From Balanoglossus misakiensis (Eukaryota; Animalia; Hemichordata), in the NCBI GenBank assembly GCA_040954595.2, contig CM082591.2, forward strand, positions 8,777,514 through 8,811,900: a stretch of 34,387 bases of DNA, in the 5' to 3' direction. Under the pieces are notes generated by a model. The model saw only the letters and a list, made by a program, of their open reading frames with translations, was not told the DNA's origin and ran no database searches. Of the stretch, positions 1 to 10,900 are shown in pieces. A program made the translations under genes and the position numbers. The number at the start of each line of letters is the position of its first letter. Position 1 is the stretch's first letter.

Positions 1-896
1 CCAGTTTGTGTTACGTTTCCAGCGTTCATTGAGAAGTAACAGCGCCCGCAAGTTAGGTTTTTAGAAAATTGGATCAAATTCATGATGAGTCGAATTGAAT
101 CAACGTTTATTCCAGCTGGGAGCACTTTATCGACTACAAAGTCGTTTTGTTAGATGGGTAAAATTTAAGACCAATCGACCAATGCAGAGCGAAGTTTAAT
201 TCTTTTGAAGTTGTCAAAATCGACGAAACAAAGCGAGAAAATGGCAATTTGCGCTGTCGACATATTTCTTCTCCTGCCTCGAATTATTGATCCCATGACC
301 ACCCCCCCCCCCCGCCCGAAAAAAATATATATCAACCAGGGATCATCATATAACTAGACTGTGAATCGGACATGAAATCAAACTCGACGATGGAAAAGCA
401 GCCGATTCCGAGATAAACGCATCCCGATAGGATGAGAACTCTGCCATGTGACTTCATCTAATTTCTCTGTAAACATGGGTGGGTTGTACTTTGGTAATGT
501 GTTTACAAAGCAAAGTTAAGACATAAGTCCGAACATGACCCTTGTCCGAAGCTTGGACACTCTTATCAAACAGAGCAGTACAGTGTGTGGAGACATCGCC
601 CGTAAGACACACCACCGGCCCTGCCACACTGAGCTGCAATATGCTCTTGGCTCGTAGCCTTCCCAGTTGGTAGCAAGTCGTTACGGCACTTAATCTTATC
701 GGTTCGGCCTTTAATTTACGCGACCCCGGCCGACCGATTCTTCAATTTGCAGTTCAGTAAAGTTGGCGAACGGGATAGTCTGTTAACGGTAAACGCGGGC
801 CTATACACAGTGCTGGCGAACGGGACAAAAGGCCACAATAAAAGCGAGCGTGTTGTCAGATCAGTGGGACTATCATAACACGAATACATAACGTGT

Positions 897-1408
897 GGAA
901 GGGCTAGGCCTAATTTTCTCCTGAGAAAGTTCAATTCGTGTTCTGTCGATGTGAAATTGCGTTCATTTAATACCTTTTGTAATAACATTTATGACTCTCA
1001 TTTATGGTGCGATTTTAATTTGTATAATATCCAGAATATCATCGTATGTCACAACAATGCACCTCGAAGACTTCTTGGTCACCCCGGACACGAAAGTGCC
1101 TCTAATACATTTGTTCTAAACGCCGTAAACTGCTTCTCCGTCATGAGAAGAAAAGTCGCTTTTAATTTTTCTGTTAGTCTCTGTACTAGTCCCCATGTTT
1201 TTATCAATCGTCTTGTCTCATGTGATATGCGCTTTATGCCCACTGGATTGACATTTTACATTGATTCTTAAAACTATTATATTCTTTACATTTATTTTAT
1301 TTATTACTTTTCTAGTGTTTGTGTCAGTTTTTTGTAACCTATTTCTATGGACGGTTGTGTCTGAAATAAAGATAACTAATAATCATAATAATAATAAAAT
1401 AATAATTA
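897..1408 (+). mobile_element. 5'-truncated non-LTR retrotransposon (LINE) 3' fragment: degenerate ORF2 C-terminus, 3'UTR and (TAA)n tail
   Basis: The frame of ORF 951..1271 extended upstream reads NFLLRKFNSCSVDVKLRSFNTFCNNIYDSHLW...HNNAPRRLLGHP..SASNTF. This matches the post-RT region of LINE ORF2 (N.LLRKF..CS.DVK..LF..FC...Y...LW...YNNA.R.LLG.P...SAS.MF pattern). It is followed by AATAAA (~1365) and a TAA-rich tail (1376-1408). A Proto2-like clade is an inference from memory only. Confidence 0.75.
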
Positions 1409-1553
1409 CGATCCCGGAATTACGATAAGCATAGGGGCATTGTAACGAGCCAACGTGAAACTGACATGGAAACGATCGACAGAAAGGTAGAGCACAGTGA
1501 CTGTGCGTAGAGCGAGCGTGTTGCTGTTCGGGACGCATTTACCATGTTTGACT

Positions 1554-1828
1554 AGACGTATTTCATGTGGGACCAAAATTTGTGTCCTAAACCCCTGCGT
1601 CGCTCACGGTGATTGGTAGCTCTAATGTCCCTATGTCCCCTTTCCGTTCAGTCATTGGCTGCCTATACGTCATTTCGTCTCATTAGTATTTACTGTTCCG
1701 AATTCAGCTCATTCATTGGCTGCTTTACGTTCTTGTCCCTTGCCTCACTTTCGAGTGTTCATTGCCTCGTTCTTTTATGTGCTCCTCACCGTCACGTAAT
1801 ATGCGGGACTAGCCAATCATTACCAGAC
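1554..1828 (+). repeat. Left terminal inverted repeat (~270 bp)
   Basis: Reverse complement of 5501-5775, with about 5 mismatches over the first ~263 bp by manual comparison. ORF-track peptides 1613..1852(+) and 5450..5716(-) are near-identical as a by-product. Confidence 0.95.
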
Positions 1829-2432
1829 AGAGCATGGTCGAAACATATGTAAAGACTAAATTTGTTTTGCACCTGCGCTGCACCCTATTGTTTGTCACCG
1901 TGTCATGAAGCTCCGGCGTCAAAGCTACGGGCCATTCCCTAGTCTTGCCCCAATACTGAAATGCGCGTCCGCTAGAACGTCATATGGACGCGACGCTAAT
2001 CACACAGTCGCTAGTGGCTTTGCCTGGCGCGGCGGCGCGTCGTATGCAGTATGAAAATTTCAATCCTTATCGACAGGCACAGCGACTGCCATAGAGTCTA
2101 GGTACCCCCTGAATGTCAAATATGTGTTGTTGTTTTTCTATTCCTAGAAAATAAAAACATATTTGGGCAGTATAAAGATAAAAAAAAAGATATCTTCAAC
2201 AGCGGAACTCTGGGAAATGTTTGTGCTCTCGCTATTTGTTTCCTGGCAATTGTATTGGCATTTCCTTCAATATGTTTGCAATATGCTCTTTATCGATACA
2301 ACATACTATCACTAAAAGGCTAAGTCTTCATGTAAGGGGCTGTTGCATTGGTGGTGGGGAATATTAAAAAAACCCAGATAAATGACAAATCTTAGGTGAT
2401 AGATAAAACAATATTTTATTCGTGTTATGTGC

Positions 2433-3483
2433 TCACAATCTGTCTAAGTGGTCGTTGAGGCGATCCAGCGTGCGATTTACATTCGCCATAGTGTCAGGGA
2501 GAGTGTTTCTCAAGAAGTCCACATATAATTCATGGGCCTCTCGCACTAGATGGTACAGCCGTCTTCTGCCCTGTTGTGGTCTCTCTTGGGCGTCCTCTGG
2601 TGCAGGGATCCCCCTCCCGTCGTCATCATCAGGATTGGGCTCCCTGTGATGGTCCAAGGGCTCATCGGCAGCAGGAGGTTCATCTTCTGGTAGAAGTGGT
2701 TGTGGCTGTGGTGGTGGTGGTGGTGCTTGTGTCGGTGGTGGTGGCGGTGGAGGCGCTTGCGGTAGCGGCTGTGGTGGTGGTGGTGGAGGCGCTTGTGTCG
2801 GCGGCGGGGGCAGTGGTGGTGTCGGTGGTCGTGGTGCCAGTGCTTGTACCGGTGCCCTATGCTCCGGTGTTCTCAGCGCCGCATACCTCATCTCCCGTTC
2901 ACGCATTTGTCGGACGCTATAAACAAAAATTGCTGACTGATTACCAGGACGGCACATGAATATTAAAAATCGTACTGTATTTCATAGCTAGATTTCAATG
3001 ATAGTGGAGATATCAATATTTGCCATACGTGTACTTGTGAATTATATTCAAAGAAACGGTCAAGACAAAATATGCAAATTAGCAGAGGAGTTACATAGAG
3101 AAACACAGAAACTTTGGCTGCGATAGATGCAATACGAAATTTCGTGCTTTTCTGGGAGACAATACCCGTCAAACTCACATTTCACAGACTTCATGTGCAT
3201 TCCCTGTTTGAGAAATACTCCCCTCGGTTTGAAACTATAATAAAACTTACTCTGAGATACGTTTAGCGACAACATCTCGAACACGCCGACGCAGTGGTTT
3301 CATCAGTCTGGTTTGATAGAGCCGTACTGCATTGGCTGGCATCCCACTGTTGGCCAAACGACCAGACTGTCTCATGAAATGGACAATATTTCCATAATTT
3401 GTATTATGGATTCTCATCCCGGCCCTAATCAAATTTATCTCGGCGTCCGTTACAACACAGCGTGGTGTACGCGTAGAAGCCAT
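2433..3483 (-). CDS. Transposon accessory protein (~238 aa): N-terminal Myb/SANT-like segment, poly-proline linker, C-terminal helical region; 2 exons (3483-3251, 2916-2433)
   Basis: ATG at 3483 (MASTRTPRCVVTDAEINLIRAGMRIHNTNYGNI..., resembling the Myb pattern T.EE..L...G...G.NW..I). Donor TCAGA|GTAAGT at 3250 and acceptor TTTTTGTTTATAG|C at 2917. The phase-2 join (GA+C = Asp) fuses ORFs 3247..3513 and 2433..2957 in frame. AATAAA lies ~13 nt after the stop (plus-strand TTTATT 2415-2420). Confidence 0.75.
2917..3250 (-). other. Predicted 334-nt GT-AG intron of the accessory gene
   Basis: Consensus GTAAGT donor and pyrimidine tract + TAG acceptor; the reading frame is preserved across the junction. 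Confidence 0.7.
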
Positions 3484-3968
3484 GGCTGTCGCGAAATGAA
3501 TCGGATACGGCAAATTGACTCCCTATTAATCTGCAGGTATCCCTCGTGTGATCGACTAATTTTACAGAATCGAATCAAAGTTTTATTGGCCATATGAATT
3601 ATACATGATTTCTGGTCACATTAAACTTTGCTGAAAACTATTTCAAAAGGGTTGATGACATTAAAAGTAGAAAATAAATGGTTAATTTTCAGCCATACAA
3701 AAAATGAAAAGGGAAATAAGAAACAACTTGTGAATGCCTCCGTGTCTATTGGCATTCAAAATTGAACATCTGGAGTGCGATGTGATCCCACTCCTGCTTA
3801 TTTGTGACTGGTCAACGGTCCGGTTATGCAAATGAAACTTTAGACATGTTAAAACTGTATTTCGCAACGCATGCTTAGAATAGGGTTGTACAAGTTAGTG
3901 TATGCGACAAATCCCACATCGTGAAAGCATCTTCAAACGGAACACCACAAACTTCAATATCATTCAAA

Positions 3969-5096
3969 ATGCCGCTCCAGCGAAATCAAATATTGCTCCT
4001 CATATCTTGTATCCGAAGTATGATGGTGATATTGTCTATAGTCTCCGTGGTCATCCATCTCCCAATGTATTCTGAAGAACGGGAAGTGTATCATCTAGCG
4101 CAGTTGGTTGATGGTCTGTCGTTTATCCAGATCTTGACACGTCTGTTGTGTGTCATCCTGCGTCCACCTTTACGACGACCACCAACCATATACAACCTGC
4201 TTTTTTCAAACGATGATGGTATTGGCCGAGGTAATGGCGTAGATGTTTGGACATCATTACAAGGACGTCCTCGCCATTTCTGGATGTTAACTGGAGAAAC
4301 CATTCAATCGATGGAAGTTATCATACATGACCTGGAACCGAATCTACGTCGTCATCCTGCCATGGATTCAAGAAATCGTTTTCTTCTCACTTTTATTTGG
4401 CTACGGCATTATCCTACTCTAGACTTACTAGCAGCGTGGTTTGGGGTAAGCAACACGACTATTCATAGAGAAATACGTCACCTTCTCTCATTAATTTGGC
4501 ATTACTTTCGACGTAGCGCTCACTGGCCATCGTTGGAACGCTTTGGACCACTACGTGGACAATGGGAACATTTTCCTAATGCCGTAGGTGCAATCGATGG
4601 TACTCTACATGAAATATATCGTCCCGAAGTTGAAGAACAGCATAACTTTTACAGTGGATACGCTCGTCATCATGCAATGAGCACCCAAGTTATTGTGGAC
4701 AATCAATGTAACATTATTTTCATTCAGTCGGGATTTCTGGGACATGCTAATGATGCCCTGCAGTACAGATTGTTACCATCGATAGGGTTGAAAGGTGAAT
4801 TGCAGATTCCACGAGATGTATATTTTTGAGCTGACCAAGGATACCCAAATATGTATCCGCTATTAACGAGATTTCCAACCCGTGAGTTGCGTGGTCCGTA
4901 CCGCCCAAAGATGCTCGTATTCAATAGAGAATTTAATTTTGCCCGAGTTTATGTTGAACATGCCATAAAATATATGAAAACTTATAGGGCAATTAATTCT
5001 GTTTATCGGCACCCACGTTGGCTAATGCCGATTATTGTAGAAGTGTGCGCATTTTTAGCTCAGCGACATATCAGATTGTATCGTTTCATGCGTTGA
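3969..5096 (+). pseudogene. DDE transposase (DDE_Tnp_4 / HTH_Tnp_4, IS5-ISL2/Harbinger-like), ~375 aa, with one in-frame TGA at 4827-4829
   Basis: Motifs: HTH LLTFIWLRHYPTLDLLAAWFGVSNTTIHR, GAIDGT (first D), RP...Q..FYSG...H, GHANDA, F*ADQGY (second D) and N......RVYVEHAI..MK (E). ORFs 3921..4829 and 4851..5096 are in the same frame, separated only by the TGA. AATAAA at 5137. Confidence 0.9.
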
Positions 5097-5192
5097 GTCT
5101 TGGCGCAAATCTACTAGCTAAGCTAAAGATCTTTAAAATAAAATAATGATGTGTTTTTTTGTACTTGTTATATTCGAAATATGCAACTGCGC

Positions 5193-5196
<4 letters not shown>

Positions 5197-5231
<35 letters not shown>

Positions 5232-5234
5232 CGC
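5197..5234 (+). repeat. (GT)n(GC)n compound microsatellite
   Basis: A GTGTGT... run followed directly by GCGCGCGCGC, inside the transposon downstream of the transposase. Confidence 0.95.
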
Positions 5235-5500
5235 AGAGACATTGGTATTACCGAGTACTTTTCAGCCACGCGATTTTATTTTTTGTGTTAGCTTGACAAT
5301 GTGTTTGGTAATGGCAAAACAAACACTGAAAAGGGGACAAATGAAAAGATGGTTTAAAAATCGCAAAGTGTCAATATGCTCTTGGGGTTTCTGTTGCCCG
5401 AAACAGTTTCCATGATTCAATCACGTCGCTCCTAGGCCCACGTTTCATTTTAGTTGGGGAAAATTGGCGGCTTCACAAAGTCAAGATTGAAACACCTGGA

Positions 5501-5775
5501 GTCTGGGAGTCTTTGGCTAGTCCCGCATATTACGTGACGGTGAGGAGCACATAAAAGAACGAGGCAATGAACACTCGAAAGTGAGGCAAGGGACCAGAAC
5601 GTAAAGCAGCCAATGAATGAGCTGAATTCGAAATAGTAAATACTAATGAGACGAAATGACGTATAGGCAGCCAATGACTGCACGGAAAGGGGACATAGGG
5701 ACATTAGAGCTACCAATCACCGTGAGCGACGCAGGGGTTTATGACACAAATTTTGGTCCCACATGAAATACGTCT
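5501..5775 (-). repeat. Right terminal inverted repeat (~270 bp)
   Basis: Reverse complement of 1554-1828. Confidence 0.95.
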
Positions 5776-5937
5776 TTTACAACACACACCGACTTGACCT
5801 GTGGCCGCAGTTGCAGCCTCCTCGACGACCTAACCCAAGCATTTTACGATCTCGGGTATCGTGGTCTGACTGACCAAACTGACACAAAAGTATTATAGTG
5901 TGCACAACACAAGGCACATCAAACCCCTTGCTCAGAC

Positions 5938-6303
5938 ACCGGAAGTTTGCAGTTCGCTTGCCTGGTTTGAAATGCGTGGTTGTGGTAGAAATTACCCACT
6001 GTGCCCCCCCCCCCCCCCCGATTTTTATTGTGTAGACGATGATGCACTCACACTCAAGAAGCAAATGAGATATTCTTTCGAATGCGAGCATGTTCCAGAG
6101 CGTTCTAAAGAAATAAAATATGCAGCTGTAGCATGTATGCATATTCATTAGTGTGTCGTAATGCTAACTTTGGTCTGTGATTGGGTAACACGTTCTACTC
6201 ACCATAACAACAGGTGATCATTGACCCGTTTCCGGTGTGCGACGCCGTGTATTGACCACTTTCCTTCTACTTGCCGCGGGATCAAGACGTCTTTTCGGTA
6301 AGC
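5938..6303 (+). promoter_or_regulatory. Putative housekeeping-type promoter and non-coding first exon (~6229-6297) ending at a GTAAGC donor
   Basis: ETS-like ACCGGAAGT (5938) and TTCCGGT (~6230), local CpG enrichment, pyrimidine tract CTTTCCTTCT (~6259) and donor TTCG|GTAAGC at 6298. This is inference only, with no transcript data. Confidence 0.4.
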
Positions 6304-7299
6304 TCATATTCCAGTCGTTGCTTTTAGTACAATCGCCTATATAGCTACGTTACCGTCGCTCGATTGTTTTGTCTGGTATTGGGTGATTTGCAGCTATCCG
6401 TACAACACCTTGTAGTTGTACAGAAGTAGGTCTAATTCCAGAAACTATTCCGAGCTACGGGCGTGCAGCTAGCCTCTCGGCTATTCTGGGTATGGCTGCG
6501 CTGGCTCCCGAATCAGGAGACCAGGAAGTCATAATCGAGAAAGTCTAGTCATATTTATAGGGTTATATTTTGTGAGAATTTTATTGCTAGGCCTCTTGCC
6601 TAAGCGCACGTAGGGCCAGTTTGTGAGATTGAAAAGGATATCAGCGCTGCAGGATGTTTAGTGTCAAAATAGTCGACCATACTGTCGAACGGTTGTGGCA
6701 AAATGGCACGTCACTGTGGCGACATAAGGTACGGGTAGAACGTTTTTCTCCGGAAAGTCTCTTTGCTGGTGGACGGAACGATAGTTCCATACGTATAGTT
6801 TTTGTTTAGCGGAAGGTCGGAAGACGACGTATCTTTCCATGCATAATTCCATACGTTTTTTGAGGTTTTTATATGAGACAACTCGGTATTTGCAAGGTTT
6901 TTTTATTTTACGGTTTAAACGTGGTTGCTGTATTTTCGCTTTTCTGTTTGTTTGTTTTTTCGTAACCTTTTTACTGTTTACATGTGGTTGGCGTATTTTC
7001 GCTTTTCTGGTGAGATTTCCACCTCTCCGTTGTCATACTTAAAAAATTATGCTAATTTTTATTGGGAAAACCGATAAAATCAAAACCACAAATAAAGAAA
7101 ATGTCTTAAACATTTTAACTCAGGCATTGTAATCTGTTTGTTGGTGATAACCCTTTTAGCTTTGAGAGATAACCAATTTGATGTTTTAGTAAAGCCAATT
7201 CTTTGGCCAGGGTGACAAGCATTTTTTCTCCAAGAGTCGTGTTGCTTTGAATCATACTTTTGTATGTGTGGTCCCAGTTGATGAAAACCTGGTTGATGA

Positions 7300-7690
7300 A
7301 AAATGTGCATATTTATAATTTTGTAGCAATTTTTGCCATTTTTGGTCAAAAAATGTTTTCTCTAAAACCGCTGGTGAGATTGCTTTCAAATTTTGTAGGC
7401 CTGTTCCTTAATGATAATTAAATGAGATGTTTAAAAAAAATACTTGAAATTTACATATTTGCGTTTTGTGTGTGAAAGTTGTGGAATTTTTCATCAAAAA
7501 TTATTTTCTTTCAAACTGCATGTCAGATTGCCTTGAGCTATGGTAGGCATGTTCCCTGAAGCGATTGAAGTAAGATATTGTACAATTTTGGAGAAAATAC
7601 TGATTTTTTCTGAAACTGCATATGGGATTGCTTTGAAATTTGATACGAATATTCGAATGGGTAACCCAAGTTTTTGTCTCATTGTGTTGA
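7300..7690 (+). repeat. Degenerate ~110-130-bp tandem core repeats of an interspersed family (Helentron/DINE-like core repeats)
   Basis: Recurring TTTTCTCTAAAACC...GATTGCTTT(C/G)AAATTT..TAGGC.TGTTCC units, clearly homologous to 20660-20750. Confidence 0.55.
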
Positions 7691-7995
7691 TTACCCTATA
7701 CTGAGACTCACTAAGTACACTATATGTTTATATTACTAGGGAGTTTAGAATCCAATATGGCCACCATACGAAGTGGGACATTTTGTGTAATTTGATTGAT
7801 TTCTAAACTTGTCATATTTTAATTTCTCGATCTTGCAAATAAAAATAAAATGCCAAAAACTGAGTAACTTTCGTTTCTTCCCGCTTGTTAACGTCATATG
7901 TTGGTGTTGCCATTAAAGTCTTTTTCCTCCTACTGGGAAAGTGGCTAGAGTCAATCAGTGCATAATTTGCAAAGAGCTCATCGAGTCATTTCAAA

Positions 7996-10900
7996 ATATA
8001 TATATATATTTATTGCTCTTAAAGGCCTCCGGCCCATATTGCAACATTAGATTATAAATACAAAAAATATATACATCATGAGAGTGAGTACTTTACATGG
8101 TTATAAAGATTTCTTCTCTCAATTTATACGCCTTATATACAAATAGTGCCAGCTTGAAAATGACTGTGCTATTGGAGGAAGACATTAGTGCATAAAACTT
8201 TTCAATCGTTGGCTGTGAATAAGACCATTGTGGTAAATGTTGGAGTCTTAAATTGTGATATAAAGGGCAAATACAAATGAAATGAAATTCGTTCTCTATT
8301 TCATGTGAGTCACAAATTTGACATATTCTATCTTCGAGAGCAACGCCCTGGGCTCTACCTTTTTCAATTTCTAAATCTAGCCCAGAGCTTCTGAGACAGG
8401 CAAGTGCTCTCTTGAACCTGAAGAACATGTTCGATGTTAAATAATCTTCTGTGTGGAATAAAAATTTAAAATTACAATACACACGGAGTTTGTCTTTACT
8501 ACACACTTCTGCATGCCAGTTTTGTTTAAAAATATCCATAGCTCTTTGTGTAAAATGTTGGAGGAAGACATTGAAATCTCCCGGACCTTGCCAAAACCAG
8601 ACTTCCCCAAAACCATGCTCACAAAGTAAATGTTTAACATGGGTAGCCCAGGATTCTTTGTTATTTTCATCGAGTGATATAGCTAGCTGATATGCATGCT
8701 TAGCAATTCTGTTTTGGGGCATATTTAGAAGTTTATACCAATATGATAAAACCTTTTTAAAACTATGTATGAAAATTGGGAATCTACCACATTCCCCTAA
8801 AACAAAGACATCCGGGGTAGTAGATTTGATTCCCATGAAAGCTTTACAGTATTTAAGGTGGACTCGTTCAACTACACTATACATGCGGTAACCCCAAATT
8901 TCAGCCCCATATGTCAAAATTGGTAATACCATGGTATCAAAAAGCTTAAAGTATTCTTGAAAAGTCAAAGGACAAGTATTTCTAATCATACAGAGAATAC
9001 AACCCATAGCTTTCCTAGCTTGATCTGCTAAGGTAAGTACAGCTTTACTCCAAACATTACGACTAGATATCATAAGCCAAAGGTATTTGTAATAACTTAC
9101 AGTTTTCACTTTTTGTCCATTAAAAACCCATTTTTCACTTTTTTTCAGAATGCCCCCTCGCCTAAAAACAATGACATGTGATTTGTTAAGATTTACATTC
9201 ATTTTCCACTTAGCACAGAAAGACTCTAAAACTCGAAGCAGATTTTGTAATCGTCCTGGGGTGTCACTAAATATTGTTACATCGTCAGCATACAAAAGTG
9301 AAAATAAATCGTACAAATCTTGTGTCAGTTGTATACCTCCCTGGTCCGAATTTTCTAACATGGTATTTAATTCATTTATAAAAAGCGAAAACAAAAAGGG
9401 ACTCAACATGCATCCCTGACGCACGCCAACAGAACACTGAAAATAGTTAGTTCTCCCTTGTTGGGATTTTACACAGGATTTAAGCCCATGGTACATTGAC
9501 TTAAGAATATTAAACATTTTGCCCTGTACACCCTCAGTGGACAGTCTGTACAGCAACAAATTGTGATTTACAGTGTCGAAAGCCTTACTGAAATCTATAA
9601 ATGCACAATAAAAGCGTCCCCTTGATCTACAAAGATACTTTTGAACCATGACATGTAACGTAAAGATGTTATCAATGGTGCTATAACCACGTCTGAAGCC
9701 AGTCTGACACTCAGTAATGCAACCGATCATCTCTGCCCATTTAGTCAATCTCTGGTTCAAGATAAAAGTAAAAATTTTACCAATCGAGTCCAGAAGCGTT
9801 ATGCCTCGGAAATTATTTGGGTCATGAAAACTACCCTTCTTATGTAGCGGGACTATGATACCCATACTCCAGTCTCTTGGAAATACACCAGCATCAAAAA
9901 CGGCATTAAACAGAAAGTGTAATACAGGCATAAGACTATTTTTAGCATCTCTGTAAAATTCATTTGGTAAGCCATCAGGACCAGGTGATTTACCAGTTTT
10001 AAGCATATCCAAAGCATACAATATCTCATCGTTGCTAATAGGATGGTTGAGAATGTCCTCATTGGAGGTTTCATCTCCGTGAGAGAATTCAATGGTTTCA
10101 AGAAAATTTTCCACACTGATATCAAAATTGGTTTTCTGGTAGACAGGGTTGTGCAATTTATCAAAGTGCTCCATCCAGTCAGCAGCTGAGATATTGGAGA
10201 GGGGTTTTTGACCCCCCTTAAAATATTTAACTCGTTTCCAAATGTTCTCCCCATTGTTACAGAATGAAGAATAAAAATTTTCTTTGTTGATTCTACACAG
10301 AGATTTAAACGTTTCCTTGCGATCCTTATAATTTTTTAAACTCTCCTGGTCATTTAAATCTCTGAAATAACGGAGGGCTTTGTACATATTCATTTTAGCT
10401 ATTTCACAATCTTTGTTGAACCATTTTGGCTGCAATACTCTCTTTGTAACATTCCTAGTCTTGACAGTAAACTTATGGAAGCCTGCTGCAGCCCATGTCA
10501 ATAAAGCATACACTTTTGAAGTCAACTCATTTATATCATTCCTCCCGGAATCAAGAATACAACTGATATGTTGTTGACCCTCCGGTGAGGTGACCTTTTC
10601 ATTAAATTTACCCCTTTTCTCATTATCCCACTTAAAAAATGTATAGTCGTGAAAAGCTGAGCCTTGGACTCTTTGTGTATTTTCAGGAAGACATGACAAT
10701 TCAATATTCATGGTACATGACAAAGGGAAGTGATCAGAGTCACTCCTATCTTCAACATTAAAATCTGAAACATGTTTAAATAAATCGCTGGACACAATCA
10801 TATAATCCACTACACTGGTCCCCCTGTTAGCAATACAAGTAAAGTTACCAGCCAGATCCCTCCCACATCTTCCATTCAAAAAATGAATGGAATGATCCCT

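Larger units (their letters stand above)
1554..5775. mobile_element. PHIS-superfamily (PIF/Harbinger / ISL2EU-like) DNA transposon, ~4.2 kb, two divergent genes, long TIRs
   Basis: Inverted repeats 1554-~1828 and ~5501-5775 (termini AGACGTATTTCATGT / ACATGAAATACGTCT) enclose a DDE_Tnp_4-type transposase and an oppositely oriented Myb-like gene. This is the two-gene layout known for PIF/Harbinger. Confidence 0.85.

Noticed and set aside
649-712. tRNA-like A/B boxes (GGCTCGTAGC...AGTTGGTAG ... GGTTCGG)
   Set aside because: I could not fold a convincing cloverleaf or acceptor stem; at most this is a degenerate SINE head.
1613-1852. 79-aa ORF and its 88-aa counterpart at 5450..5716
   Set aside because: Their similarity simply reflects the TIRs; they have non-ATG starts and no recognisable domain.
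1551-5778. TWA or AT target-site duplication for the PHIS element
   Set aside because: The flanks are ACT and TTT (or CTA/TTT if the ends are shifted by one base), so no duplication is supportable.
6920-7010. Short ~63-bp-period duplication GTGGTTG..GTATTTTCGCTTTTCTG
   Set aside because: It is an ordinary two-copy local duplication with no further structure.
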